Positions 1 through 14,369 of a stretch of DNA of 64,000 bases are shown one piece after another. The translations under genes and the position numbers were made by a program. Positions within the stretch are counted from its first letter, which is position 1. Every line of letters starts with the position of its first letter. This DNA comes from Paraspadella gotoi. Taxonomy: Eukaryota > Animalia > Chaetognatha. The stretch covers positions 13,670,562-13,734,561 of the forward strand of contig CM119269.1 of assembly GCA_051294375.1 (NCBI GenBank). Reading direction: 5' to 3'. The notes beneath the pieces are model-generated. The model was not told the DNA's origin and ran no database searches. It was given only the letters and a program-made list of their open reading frames with translations.

Positions 1-96
1 CTCGACAGACGGACCTATGAGGACCAATGTTTTAAGGTGGAGAGAGAGAGAGAGATGGATGAGAGAGAGAGAGAGAGAGACGAGAGAGAGAGAGAT

Positions 97-130
<34 letters not shown>

Positions 131-605
131 CGGCGTATCGAGTCTGAATCTTTCGGTGACTTTCGGTCGTTCTCGCTTCGGCGAATGTTTTTGTCGCTAA
201 TGTCGAGTCGTTATCGTCGTTATCGTCGTCGTCGTCAGCATCGTCGTCATTGTAGTCATCGTCGTCGTCGTCGTCGCCGTCTTCGTAGTCATCGTAGTCA
301 TCGTCGTCATCCTTTTTGCGTCTCGTTTTTTTCTTTTTATTCGAAAATGGCGAAAAACGTTTCCGGTTTCTCTGCTCTTCTTCTTCGGGTCGTTAAGTTT
401 CTTTCAACGAAGACGCTAGTTGTTGTTGTTGTTGTTATTGTTTGTTAATCTAAAAATAGTCTTAACTCTCGTCCTCATGACCTCGTGGCTTTTGTTGCTT
501 GTTTGGACCGACGTTGTTTGGGCTTTGACTTGGCGATCATATTTTAAGTCACGTCAAGGTTCTCTCCTTTAGAGTATTGGTTGGGGGAGGGAAAGGGAAA
601 GGGAA

Positions 606-682
<77 letters not shown>

Positions 683-1225
683 ACGCCCCTGACATCAACG
701 TCAATCAATTGTGTTGTCTCTTACTTTAAAGCCTCGATCCCACTGACCGATTGTGTCCTCTTTTATTTTCGCGGTTGTTGTCAGTTGAGGTCGGATGAGG
801 TCGGATGAGATCTGATGAGGTCAGTTGAGGTCGGATGAGATCGGTTGATGTTGATTGAGATTAAAATGTGTGGTCGATTGTGTACTAGGTGCAAGTGTAA
901 TAGGAGAGCCTCAGGTCAAAATACGGGTCATGATGAGATCAGAATATGATCAATGAACCAAGTTAACAACGGGAAAGAGCGTTGGGTGGTAAAATTAAGA
1001 TGAAAACAGTTTTTTTTTATTGAAAAAAGAAAGCCAAACCTAACATACAAACAAACAAACAAACAAATAATCTTTAACTTTTCTTCCCAGATCAAACCTC
1101 CTCTCGTTTTCCGTCGCGAAAATGTGGATCAACTGATTTCGACTCTGGATTCTGTTCTCTCTCTTCTCGAGGCAGAGATGGCGTCTCCTGCGTCGGCAGA
1201 AGCCATTGTCGACGCAGAGTCCTGA
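1..1225 (+). CDS. ETNPPL: 3' end of a class-III PLP aminotransferase-like gene (ethanolamine-phosphate/5-phosphohydroxylysine phospho-lyase, AGXT2L family); exons ~1-36 and 1091-1225
   Basis: Exon 1-36 reads STDGP..NVL(K)|gt, one base short in an A/T run. Exon 1091-1225 follows ttcttcccag and reads IKPPLVFRRENVDQLISTLDSVLSLLEAE...*. Together they match the STDGPxxNVLKIKPP C-terminal motif of ETNPPL/PHYKPL; the two paralogues cannot be told apart here. Confidence 0.8.
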
Positions 1226-2788
1226 GTCGACGACGCTTGCCGACGCGGAGATACCCAGTTTCGGGTTTTATTTTGAAATGATTAAGCAATTACGAATTCT
1301 TTTTTTAAATTCCAGTTATTGTTTTGTCTTTTTTACGGTATTTTTTTGATGTTTTGATGTTCGAGATTTAGTAAGAATTCCGAGGTGGGATATTTTATGT
1401 TTTAATAAAATGATTTCAAAACTAAAATATGAGCAGTTTTTATTTAATTGGTGTCGAGAATGAAATATTGTTGTATGTTTTCTTCCTTCAAAAATAAGAA
1501 TCGGATTGGAATAAACTGAAACCAATTTGAAAGAACGGATGCTACTGTACTATTTTATTGTATTAACAATAAAATACTTGCATTTTAGCTCATGATATAC
1601 AAGTCATACATATTTATGTACATATTCTTTAATAGTCGATTTTTTTTCGCTCTTTTAATGCCGTGTTTGCGCCCCCCGTGCTCAGTGTTATGATTACTGC
1701 TTTTAACGAATAAACTTGGAGATTATAATTTATGAATTGTTGATATATTTAATATTGCTATCTAGCTAAACTATGTCTTTCACGAACTCAAATCAAATTA
1801 AAGAAAAGGTGAAAAAATTGAAAGGAAATGTGAGAATTCATTGTCTTTATTGTCTCGTACAATAAATTTAATATCACAATCACAACATCGATAGGGGAAT
1901 AAACAAACTTTGACAATATTTGTTTATTAAACGAAGTCACAAAACGTAATGAAAAGACATAATATCATTTATACAATGTTTAGAAATAGTAGAGAAGCTT
2001 TAATACTCAGGATTTCTCAAGATGTCGCGTTTTTTATGAACCAAAGTCTTGAAGGCAACGAAGGTTTAAAAGTCTCATAACAGGGAAGGAAAAAAGAAAA
2101 TGATATGTGATTGAATAGTAATTAAAAGACTAAAAATAGAATCATTAACAGAGGCTTTCGGAATACCTATGGAAAGATCGATGAAACATATTTCGCATGG
2201 ATTTAGAAAATTATACAATTAAATGAAAAGGACAAAACTTGGCCAAACGAATTATACAATAAATTTTATGAAGCGAAAGCAACGCAAATTTTAAATTTAA
2301 ATTTTTAAGTAAAATAATTTAAAAAATATGAAAGAAATGGGATGAGATTTCAGAAAACTTTTGGGATAATTCACAAAGCACAATTCTCAAATTACTCATA
2401 CTTGAATTAGAAAACTCATATTTCAACAGAAGTTAATAGTTAGTTAATTCATTCAAATGAACTGTTTCAAAAGCAGCGGACTCACATTTGTATAACAAAG
2501 AAACGATCGATGATTCACTTTAAAACCAACACATGGCAATAAAAGAATTAATCCTATTAAACTACTTGACCAAAAATACTTCACAGGAGGAAGGAATAAG
2601 AGATCCGGTTATGGGGACGGAGATCGAAGATCGAACGGGATCAACGATCAAAGATTTTTCCTTACGACAAGCAAATAATAAAAACCATTTCATTTGAAGC
2701 TAAATTTAAGTTTTTCGTTATTTACTAAATTTCGTCGAACCAGTTTTGCTGAGACCCTCGCTCGGGTGCTATCTTTCTATCTTTTTTT

Positions 2789-2880
<92 letters not shown>

Positions 2881-2947
2881 TGTCTCTTTCCCCCCTCAAT
2901 CGTAGAGTTCCGCTTTCCTCGTCTTCCTTCCCATTTTCGCGTCAGTG

Positions 2948-3133
2948 TCACATCCGATCGAAGTTGGGATTGAGATCATCGCTTGGGGCGTTGATCCTGA
3001 GAGAGAGAGAGAAGAGAGAAGAGAGAGAGCAGAGAGATGAGAGAGAGAAAAAGATTAGAATGAACAGATACGAGACAGTGAGAGAGAAATAGAGAAAGGA
3101 AAGCGTAAAAAAAAAAAATAAGCAAGAAAGAAA

Positions 3134-3164
<31 letters not shown>

Positions 3165-3328
3165 AATAGCCCGCTCCTTCTCCTTCTCCATCCGCTCCAT
3201 TCTCCCCAAATCACTTGTTCGATCCCAACGAAGACGCCGGCGCTCGAACGATGACGTAGCCTTCTCCCGTGGCGTCGCTGGCGTTGGCGTTGAACGTCAC
3301 GCTGTAGGAGTCGCCCTCTGACGTTTTT
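2948..3328 (-). CDS. Last two exons (3328-3215, 2996-2948) of an unknown protein
   Basis: GC-rich islands with cag acceptors and a gtgatt donor. The phase-2 join gives KTSEGDSYSVTFNANASDATGEGYVIVRAPASSLGSNKINAPSDDLNPNFDRM*. Upstream exons were not resolved. Confidence 0.5.
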
Positions 3329-3889
3329 CTGGAAGAAGTGGGGCGGTGGGATGGGGGGGGCGCGGGGAGGTTTAAAAAAAGGTGGAGTTGGATTTAGATC
3401 ACGATAAATTGTAAAGAATGTAACAATGTAATAGTCTTTGAAGAAGTAATGAGAACTTCAGCCACCGAAGCCTGTTCAAAAGTCAGTATGTTTGATAATT
3501 GATTGATTGAACAAACGGATAGTAGTACTATAGTATGTAAAGTGTAGAATAGTATAGTTTAATTTGTAGTTTCATAAGCTAAATATTTCATTTTCCTTTC
3601 TCGATACGTGGCGTTTTAGAAATGAAAAAACTAATGAGAGACAATGACTGAAACAGACAAAAACAAAAATTCCCGCCTTTTTTTTCGTCTTTTAATTCTT
3701 GATTTTAGTAAACTGAGTTTTAATTTAATTAAATAGAGTTTTATCGACGATATTCCTACAACGAGAACGACAGCGCCTCACGAGCAAATAAAATTAAAAT
3801 ATTTTTTTAGCTAAAATAAAAATAAAAATAAAAAAGCTCAGAAGCAGGATCTTCATCATTCTCTCTCTCCAAGTTGTGCAGGGGATTCG

Positions 3890-3921
<32 letters not shown>

Positions 3922-4933
3922 GTCCTCCTTCTTCTCTTCCCCTCTCCCTCCTCCACCCTTTCCCTCTCGTCTCCTCTCTCTCAACCGGAAAGAAAAATCC
4001 GAAACTCGTAAAAGGAAAGAGGAAGTTTGGAAAATCAAAAAACGGACGAGATTTTCGTCGTTAAAAGGCTTCGATGTTTCTCTCTTCAGAGAGGCAGTTA
4101 TATTATTTGTTGTTTATATTACACAAAAAATACAAACAAACCGCGTTATTAGTGAGTCTTTAAGTTCAACTAAATCCGTGGAGCTTCAGAGGCCAAAAAA
4201 ATTATATGAAAAAAAATTTGTAAAAATTTAAATTGGTTCAAAAAGTGATATTAGTACAAATTTCATAAGATTTCCTTTCCAATTTCCTTTTATAAAATAT
4301 TTTTTCCAATTTCTAATTTCCTATTATAAAATAAATTTTTATCAGCAATATGACAATGAGTGATTTTTAAAAGGTCCCAAGACTTATTTTGACTTAGTTG
4401 TAATTAATTCTAAGGAACTTGACTTCCAGGCGGGCCCGCGGCCTGAAATTCAGTGAAGCAAGCTCGCCATTTCTCTACACGCCACTCTTAGAGTTTGTTT
4501 AATTTCTGCAAACCAAATGTAAACATCAATGCCAAAAAAATGAATTCTTCGTCAGAGAATTTTTTTATCATCAGAAATATTTGGATTACATGGAAAATTG
4601 AAAATGGAAAAGATTAAAGATAAAAGTGAAACAGAGATGCTTTGTTGTATTTGTTGTATTTGTTATGGCGAGTTCCGTCTCTTTCTCTCTCTCTCTCTGT
4701 CCTCTCTCACGTCTCTCTCTCGTCTCTCTCTCTGCTCCTCTCTCTCTCTCTTCTCATCTCGTCTCTCCTCTATTCTCTCGTCTCCTTCTCTCAGCTCTTC
4801 GCTCTCTCTCTCTCTCTGCTTCTCTTCTCTCTTCGGGTTTGTTGTCTCGTTGTGGTCGGTCGCGTCCAATGCAGAAGAAGAAGATATCGGGAATCGACGG
4901 AGAGGCGTGAAATTGAGAGAAGAGAGAGAGAGA

Positions 4934-5020
<87 letters not shown>

Positions 5021-5273
5021 AGAAAATTTCCGACAAAGCGCCACAAATGACGCTTTTCGCTTTTCGTTCTCGCGATCGGTCGCTAACGCCTTATTTGGCC
5101 GTGGACAAAAAAGGCCAAAAAAATGCCAAACCTTAGTTTTTTCTTCATCTGATGATTCGTAAAAAACATCAGTTAGAACACATTTTGTGCAACCAACTCA
5201 ACAACAAAAAAAACAACGAAAACGACAACTCCAAAAAAAGCAAACAAAACGACATCTATAAAGCAACAAAACA

Positions 5274-8200
5274 TCAAAACCAACAACGAAAACAACAACA
5301 GCGGCAGCAGCAGCAGCAGCTGGGAATCCCGTGGACATCGGAGATTCCGTATCTCGGGTCGTCGAGGTCAACGAAGACCGATAACTGGATAAATGGATAA
5401 CCGATGAGGGATTTTCAAATCTTAAGTCTTGATTCATAAAAAAATAAATAAATAAACAAAAAGGAAAAAATTAAACAGAAAAACAGTGAAAAATTGGAGA
5501 TAACACTGTAGATGTGAATATAATATAAAATTGGCATATTAATGCAAGAATTATAGGAAAATTGTAGGAAAAAAAAAACAAATAAGAAAATCGCGAATAT
5601 TAAAGTATTAAAAAAGGACAAGTTAGTTTCCGAGAAACGCGGGAGAGATGTGAGATGAGCGGGTGTGTTGCGAGGTGAGTCGCGAGGTAAGTTTTCAAGC
5701 GGAGTCAGTTGAGAGTAGATTGAGCGCGGATAAACATTACCCGATGAGTTTTCATTGAATTTTTTCTTCCGGCGTCGAAAATTTTATTGACTCTCGATTT
5801 TTATCTCTTGATTTTTCATTCGTTTTGACAAACGCGGGCGTTGACAACGTTTTTGTCGCTAATTCAGCCGATTTTGTCATCGTTGTTATTGTCGTTGTCA
5901 TCATTGACTTTATCGTCATCGTCATCGTCCTCATTCTCATCGGCGTCGTCCTGTCATCATTGTCTTTGACAGCGTTGTCTATGTTCTATGTCTATGTCAT
6001 CATCGTTCTTCTCGTTGTCGTCGTCATCGTTTTTATCATCGTTGTCATTGACATCCCTATCATCGTTGTCATTATCGTTTTTTTATCATTGTTTCCATTT
6101 TTATCCTTATCAGTCTTGTCATCATCGCTGTGAAAGAATTTGAGCTTCGTTTTTCGTAAAACAAAAAACACAAATTCCGATTGAATCCGTTATCACAACA
6201 TCAAGGAATTGTTCTCAAAATTCTATCTCAAGCAATCGTTTCCTTCAACCCTGGGCGTGAAAACGAGGACAACATTACGAATCGCCCCATCAACCTCACT
6301 TTGTATCACAACAGCAATGTGACTCACCTTTGAGCCGCGGGTTTTCTGAAGCAGATCGACGGTTCGGGCGACGAGGAATGGAGGCTGAGGCAATCCTCTG
6401 GAGGAAGGAAAGGAAGGAAAGAGAGGAAAGGAGGAGGTTAAGCAGGAAAAAAAAGGAGGAAAGGAAAGAAAGAAGAAAGGAAGAAAGTAAAAAGGAGAAG
6501 GGATATATAAAGTATAAGTTGAAAAAATAAAGGGAGAAACGAAAGAAGAAGAAAAGAAAAGAAAAACATTGAGAAGAAAAGAAAATAAAGGAAAAGAAAA
6601 ATAAAAAATAAAACGAACGAAACAAGAAAATAAAAGAAAAAAATAAAAGAAAAAAAATAAAGGAAGGGGTAGAAAAAAAAGAAGGGGAAAAAAGAAGGGA
6701 AATGTCATATCGAAACTCGAGAACAGTCGGAAGAAAAAGGGAAAAGGAAAAAGAAAAAGGAGGAAGGATGAAAGAAAAAAGTAAAAAAAAGGAAAGAAAC
6801 GATTAGTTTTGTCTTTTCTTTCAAAAATACTAATCTTTTTTGTAAAATTTCCCAAATCGTTGGCCGATTTATCATTTTTTTCCCGATTTTTTTTTTCAGT
6901 CCCTTCAAAATCTAAAAATTCGGCGCCCAATGCGAAGTAGTCTATTGTGAAAGAAAAATCCCAAGAAAATGTGTTTTGGTTGGAACCGTTGGAATTGGGT
7001 GAAAAGGAGGCGGGGGGGGGGTGAGTGAGAGGGCGGAGATTCGATCGGCTCTCGTTCAGCGGGACAAAGAGAAAAAAATCATTCATCATTCAGCCGAAAC
7101 CTAAATTCGTTCATCTTTCATGATCATATTAGGGAGCGACGAAATAATCGTGAGAAATGGAAGGGTAGTTTAATATTAGTTTAGTTTAATATTGTATATT
7201 ATTGTTCAGGCGAAGATTTAAATGTTCACGGTTGGATTTAAATATAAAACAATTTGCTTCAACATACCTAAATTTGCGCGGAAACGGATTTATCACATCA
7301 TCACGTGTCTCTTCAATTTAGTCCTTCATTTATTCATTCATTCATTCATTCAGTCATTCATTTGTTCATACATACCTGTGACCTTTAACATGTTCATCGA
7401 TTCGTAAATCGTGTTTTCTTTTCCGCTTTTCGAGTTTTTGTGTCGCAGAGAATTTTCGTCGTCTGTAAAAAAAATCTCAGAATTTTAATCTGAATTCGCC
7501 ATTTAAATATAAAATAAAATTATAAAATTTGCGTCTTTAATATTATTAGTAAATTAGTTTTATTTAAAAAAAAAGATTAAAAAACTTGAAAAAAAATTAA
7601 AACCATGATTAAATCGATATTTTTAAATCGAGTTTTTCAAACGCGATTTTTATTGTCGAAAATGTCATTTGTTTTTTCCCGCGCTTTTGTCACGTGATTG
7701 ACAGAGCGGAAAAATTCTAGCCAATGTTTTTGAAAGCGGCCGCTCGAGGGCAAGTAAGTCGGTGGGGAGAAAGGGTGGGTGGGGGTCCGAAGAGCCAGAG
7801 ATCACTTTGTGGACAGATTTAAATAAAAAAATAAAAGTCGGAATGTTTTTGTTTCATTCAAGGCCCAGAAAACATTTGTTTTAGAAAACTTTTCCAGGCA
7901 AATTGGTTATATGACGTAACGTAACAGGCAAATGTTTAATTTGTTTAATAAACATTTCAATGTTTATATATTAAAAGTAAACGTGCACTTTCGCACCAGG
8001 AAAAAAAAAAGGGTTTCGGTCAGAAATGGAAAAGGAAGCTTCACTCAACCCGAAGTGAATTCGACCAAAAAGGCAGCGAGACACGTGAGTCGAATAAAGA
8101 TCGGCGTCGCCTTGAGGAAAGGCTATTCATTTGTTTATTCGTTTATTCATTCGTTCATTCATTCATTTAATCATTCATTCATTCGTTCATTCATTTAATC

Positions 8201-8792
8201 ATTCATTCATTCGTTCATTCATTTAGTCATTCATTCATTCGTTCATTCATTTAGTCATTAATTCATTCATTCATTCATTTAGTCATTCATTCATTCGTTC
8301 ATTCATTTAGTCATTGATTCATTCGTTCATTCATTTAGTCATTCATTCATTCGTTCATTCATTTAGTCATTCATTCATTAATTTAGTCATTCATTCATTT
8401 GTTCATTCATTTAGTCATTCATTCATTCAACAGTAGCGCTTAATGAAGTTAAATTGGATCAGGTTACCTTTTGAAGTCGCTTCGTATTCATGCATTAAGT
8501 AATTTTTTTAAATTTTTCTTTCCTTCCTTCTTTCCTTCCTTCCTTCCTTCCTTCCTTCCTTCCTTCCTTCCTTCCTTCCTTCCTTCTTTCTTTCTCCCTC
8601 CATTCCTCCCTATCTCCTCTTTATTCTCCTTCCTTATTTCCTTATTTTTTTAAATTCCTCACCGACACCTCCCTCTTAATTCCGGGCTCTTCTTTTCCCG
8701 CGCTTTTTCTACTCTAATTACTTAGACACACAAGATTGGCCTGCGAAAAAAACAGTTTAACACGCGCGAAGAGGGTGAGAGAGAGAGAGAGA

Positions 8793-8861
<69 letters not shown>

Positions 8862-10861
8862 CAAGAGCTGACGCCTCACTGGAAAAGGCGATGTGGTTTC
8901 GCGCAGCATGACCAGTTCGTACAACGACGCTCCCACATAGAAACAGCCTTAATTAAAAAAACCCGCACAACGCCCGCAGAGCGCTCTACGCTGGAACGAC
9001 CCGCGAATCGCTTTCACTTGAGCGTTCGAAATCCAAATATATAAACTATTATTAAATAAATAAAAAAACTCGGAGTTCATACATACATCCGTGCTTGGTC
9101 AATTCTTCCTCGGCGGGCGGCGTCGTGCCAAGCTTCCACGCCCAAGGGCGGCACGGTGCATCCTTCCGTCGCCGAGGGAATCCATTTGTTCGACCCTCCC
9201 GCCCCCCGCCCCCCCCCGCCGCCCCCCCCGAAAAAAAGACCATAATCAACGAAGAGAAATGGGATTATTCTTTTCTCTGTTTTATGAGGACAGAGGATTG
9301 AAGATTTAAGGGGATAGAAGATTGAGGGGATAGAAGATTGAGGATACAGGATAGTGGATTGCGGGATAGAATACCGAGAAATGAGGAAAGAAGATAGAAA
9401 ATTATGGGATGAATAGATTGAGGACGAAGGATAGAAAATAAGGGGAACAGAAAATTTAGGGCTGAGGACAGAAGATTGAGGAATAGAATATTGCAGATGG
9501 ATTGCAGATGATTGCAGAGATTGCAGATGGAGGAGGATCAAGGATTCTGGATTTATGAGGTCAATGTTTGAAAAACTGTTGATAGCATCCGGGGGTCAAC
9601 AAATCCTCTCAGGGCGCAGACCAATTTCAATTAGACACAGAATGGAAACATTATTTAGGGTCTAAGGAATTTCGCTCTCGAAATGAATTTGCACTAAAAG
9701 TCTGAAAGATGAAAATTGAGAGATTACTTGTTTTACAACTTGTTAACGTATATGTTTGTATTTTTATATGTTTTTAAGTAACTCAAGAGGGCGCGGGTAT
9801 AAATTTTACCGCTATTTCTCTCTTATTTCTGAAAAAAAAACTCTTTCGGTAAAGATGACTACAAATTTGATGCGAAATCGATTTTTGCTCTTATCAGGCG
9901 CTAGAGGCTCCGACTGGCGAAAGGGAACTCTTAACTGGCGGCGGAGGAGTAGAAGGAGGAGGAGGAGGAGGAGGAGGAGAGGGTGGAGGGCGGGTAAATG
10001 AACAGAAGGAGGAAGCCTGGCGACTAAAGACTCTCCATTTCCCGATAGGAAACTTGAAATGGAATCCGACGCCAAAAATATATCATATAAAAAGTGAGGA
10101 CTCTCGTTTGATAAACAATATTACTGAGAAAACAAAACAGCATCATAGCAAAACAAGAAAAAATAATCTAAGAAAATAAAATTATAGTCAACTCATGCTC
10201 TGTACGAGACATTGCGATAGTACGTGCTGACATTTGCGGACATTGAGTTGAAAGGCTCCGTCAACTGCACGTACAACATAGAAAAAAATTTCCAAAAAAA
10301 TTTTCATCTGCGAATGAGTTTTCTTTTTCTTTTTTATATCCTTCCAGCGCACTTTCTCCAGATGTTTTAACGGATATTTTTAGACGTGCATTAGTCCAGG
10401 TAAAACTTGATGCTCTAAGCTGGTAAGTTTCTAAAATCGTGAAGGAAAATGTTTATTTTTATCCATATCTAGGCAAAAAACATTAACTTGTCGCTAAAGT
10501 AGAACTCAAAAAATGTTAAAAGACTTTCGTCGCATATGATTAAAAAAAAGACAAGGTGAGAAGTCTAACTTAAAATGATTTGAATAAAAGAAAGCGTTAA
10601 CAGGATGCGAACTCGCGACTTAACAATGACAACGTACCCGAAAAACCGAAGTAAAAGAGACCACGGGGAAGGCAGACACAACGATAAATATATATAAAAA
10701 GAAGCTGAGCATGGCCTTTTTAAAAAGGCGCATGGTTCGTTTCTTTCGTTGAAGAAGTTTATCACACAAACACAAGAGACAACGAAAACGGCTGCTACGA
10801 CGACGACGACGACAACGACGACGACGACGACAAAGAAAACTGGGATAAAGACAAGGACAAC

Positions 10862-10893
<32 letters not shown>

Positions 10894-11015
10894 TGACAAG
10901 AATCGCGCCACAAATCTTTCTCACCTAAATTCCGCGTCTCCGCTTCGGCCGTCTCGTAAACCGGGTAAGGTGTGGGCTGGAGATAGAGTTTGAGGCGGTG
11001 CAGAGATAGAGACGT

Positions 11016-11049
<34 letters not shown>

Positions 11050-11830
11050 CAGGAGAGAGAGAGAGAGAGATGAGAAGAAGGAAGCAAGAGGAGAGGGTGG
11101 GGGTGGGGGTAGGAAAAGGAGAAATTTAGTGTCACGGAAAAAGACTTTTATTGATCCATGGAGAGATTAAGAGAGAGGAAACAGAAAAGAGAAAATGGAG
11201 AAAGAAAGAAAGATGGAAAAACAGAAAGATAGAAAGACTAAAATACAAAGGAAAAAAGTGAAGAGAGAGAGTATAAAACGGAAGGAAAGAAAAAAATAAT
11301 AATATGGATTAAGGGAAATAAAGCAAGAAAGAAAGAAAGAAAGAAAGAAAGAAAAAAGAAAGATAGAAATATAGAAATATATAAATTCATAATATTTAAT
11401 TTAGAGCTTTAATGAATTTTAAAATCGTTAGACTGCATAGTAAACGAACCCTGTAATATGCAAATTAGAATAATGTTTTCTGGGGCTGTTGCACAAATTC
11501 AGGAAGAAAGTGAAAGTGGGGCAGTTGAACTTTTTTAAACATCTTATCTCCATTGAGTAAATGGTATTAGTAAAGTTATTATTATAAACAAAAGAAATAA
11601 ATATTAAAAAGGAGAAAACAAACGAGGAAATGGAACAATAAAAAAAAAACAAAAGAAAGAAAGAAAATAAAATAAAGAGAAAATGAAAATGAAAATAAAC
11701 ACATCCATAAAAGAGAGAGAGAGACCTCGCCAACGCCGGCGGCGTGGTGCGGCGCCTTTGTGAATTTCATTGTGAACGTGGGGGCGCCGCCTTTGCCAAG
11801 TGAAACCAGACTGAGTTCCGATCCGGGTAT
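5274..11830 (-). CDS. Unidentified multi-exon protein with C-terminal cysteine string, 5' end missing; exons ~11830-11726, 10976-10925, 9276-9083, 8947-8880, 6397-6328, 5384-5274
   Basis: All five introns are GT-AG and the phases chain 0,1,0,2,0 with no stops: ...KFTKAPHHAAGVGE|PTPYPVYETAEAETRNL|EKRIIPFLFVDYGLFF...WHDAARRGRIDQARMY|AVSMWERRCTNWSCCAKPHRLF|QGLPQPPFLVARTVDLLQKTRGSK|LSVFVDLDDPRYGISDVHGIPSCCCCCRCCCFRCWF*. Confidence 0.7.
8140..8430. repeat. (TTCA)n-based minisatellite with ~28-bp higher-order unit
   Basis: Recurrent attcattcattcgttcattcatttagtc units. Confidence 0.9.
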
Positions 11831-12239
11831 GTCCTGTTCAGCTTTGCTTTTGTTGGCTGCCGGTATCACGTTTTACTTCATACTCAGCAGTTTGTTAAGA
11901 GGTGAGATGGAGAGAGAAAGGAGGAAAGAAAGAAAGACAGAGAGATGAGAGAGAGAGAGAGAGAGAAAGGGAGAAAGAGAGAGAAGAGAGAGAAGAGAGA
12001 GAGAGAAAGGGAGAGGAAAGAAAGGAGAATGAGATAAAGAAGAGAGAGAAATAAGGAATGAAAGGCGAGAAAAAAAAGAGAGAAAGAAAGAAAAAAAAGA
12101 GAAAAAAAAGAAAGAAAGAAAAAGGAAAGAAAAAAAAAAAAAAAATAAAAGAAAGAAAGAAAAGAAAAAAGAAAAAGGAAAGAAAGAAAGAAAGAAAGAA
12201 AGAAAGAAAAGAAAAGAAAGAAAGAAAGAAAGAAAGACA

Positions 12240-12271
<32 letters not shown>

Positions 12272-14286
12272 AACTGAACGAAAAGAGCGAGAGAGAAATA
12301 AAAACTGAATTACAATAGAAATAATCAAGGAAAATAACTTATTGGTTGTACCAATTTCATAAAAATAAACATAAACTATGAAGTAACTAACACAAAAAAA
12401 AACTTAGGAAAGGAAAAAATATAGAAAGAGATATTGTGAAACAGGAAGAAGCAAAAAATGACCCAAAAAAGGCAAGAGAGAGAAGAAACTAAAGTAAAAA
12501 AAAGTAAAAAAAAGTAAATAAATTATATATAAAGTTCAAAAGTGATGTTATTTCTTTACCAGAGCAACTCTGGGATTTGTCCCTACATCAACACGTATTC
12601 CTTGTCGCTCTTTGGTTCGCGATGTGCAATTCGATGGTGAATCGATCATTTATTGCGCCATGAATGCCAAGTGAGTCAAATAAGTAAAAAAATAAAATCA
12701 AAACTGGAATGCCAAGTGAGTCAAATAAGTAAAAAATAAAATCAAACTGGAATGCAAGTGAGTCAAAGGAAGTAAAAATATAATCAAAACTGGAATGCCA
12801 AGTGAGTCAAAGAAGTAAAAAAATATAATCAAAACTGGAATGCCAAGTGAGTCGAAGAAAGTAAAAAATATAATCAAACTGGAATACCAAGTGAGTCAAA
12901 GAAACAAAACAAAAACACCCAGAAAAACTACTTGGACGACCGAAAACAAACAACTCTATGGGGGGAGATGGGTAGAAAAAAAAAAATAAGATAAAATTTC
13001 TCCTACATTATTTAATCATTCGTGACAGGACCGATTTTTTTTTAATCAAAAAGAAATAAGTTTTGCTTGGAGGCAGAATGTCGGCTTCAATCTCCGAAGG
13101 GCGCCCGCCGCAGCGCGAGATCAGCCGCCACCGCAGCCCCCGCCCAGAGAGCACCCGCAGTCTCCCCCACCGCGCCCGCCACAGCGCCGCACCAGTTGAA
13201 AAATCGAATCAGAGCACTCAAGTTTCAGAAAATGGTTCCCGATGCGCAATCGAATCTTCAGAACTGCAATACATTGGTGGCTGATTCGCAATTATCCGCG
13301 CAACTAAATTGGCACAGAGAAACATTTTCGAACAAAAAAAATCCTATGTTCTTAGAATGCAATACAATTTATATTTCCCCAAAAAATTATGTTCGCTTAG
13401 AATTATGTAAATGTGAGCCGCACAGCCACACCGCACACAGCGCACTGTGTATCGTGCACAAACTGAACATCGCTCAAACCGGAGAACTTAATTCGTTAAG
13501 ATCAGACTTTCATTCAGGATAAATCTAGATTTAAAATTTAAATCTTAATATAATCTAGGTAAATCTAGATCGTGATCTCACTGGAAATCTTGAGTGGCTC
13601 TGACATTCCCCCTTAGGGTCTGGAAGCTCTCGTTACATTTCACCGACGGTTGTGAACTTGTGAAGCGTCACGATTTCAAAAGCCGCGAGGTTTAAAGAGA
13701 GAAGAGAGCTAGAGAGAGAGAGAGGAGGAGAGAGAGAGAGAAAGAGAAAGAGGAGAGAGAGAGAAACAGAGAAAAACGTTTCCCTTCGCTCTCTCTTCCA
13801 CGGTCCAACATGGCTACAACAACAACGACATACATATCTTTTCAGTTTGGCCTGGGACTCTAGGTTTCAGGTTAAATCCGTCAGGTTTTAGGCCACGAGT
13901 CCTCAGACTCTGAGCCAGAGGTCGAGAAATAATCCCCACTTATAAACGAAGAACCAAATAAATATATAATGATAAGGATAAGGATACTAGAAATTGTCTC
14001 TTCGGCTTAAAAGGGAACAAGTAAAATTCCATTTTTTTTAAAATTGAGAAAAAAAAAAAAGGATGGACAGTTTGATTGTTGGTTTGACGGATGTATGGAT
14101 GGGTGAAAAAGTTGCAAAACCAACGGACGAAGATATTACAAAAATGTTTAGGAACGAACAAGAATTCAACGAAAAATATGTATATTAAGTATATTGTATA
14201 TCTAAGTAATTTAATTTATTATTTTTCAAATTTCTCCTACTCTTCCCTATCTCCGATTCCCCTTTCCTTCTCTGTCTCTCTTCTCT

Positions 14287-14369
<83 letters not shown>

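Noticed and set aside
17-448. Poly-RE / poly-LS / poly-FLSF ORFs here and throughout the track
   Set aside because: They are translations of (AG)n, (CT)n, (CTTT)n and (GAC)n microsatellites, which lack stops by construction.
7718-8090. Two plus-strand micro-exon-like segments (ag...gtaagt at 7753; ag...gtgagt at 8085) antisense to the Cys-string gene
   Set aside because: Too short to separate from chance splice-like motifs, and no coherent product.
12662-12905. Regular repeats resembling CRISPR
   Set aside because: The sequences between the conserved motifs are themselves near-identical, so this is a minisatellite; no cas genes are present.
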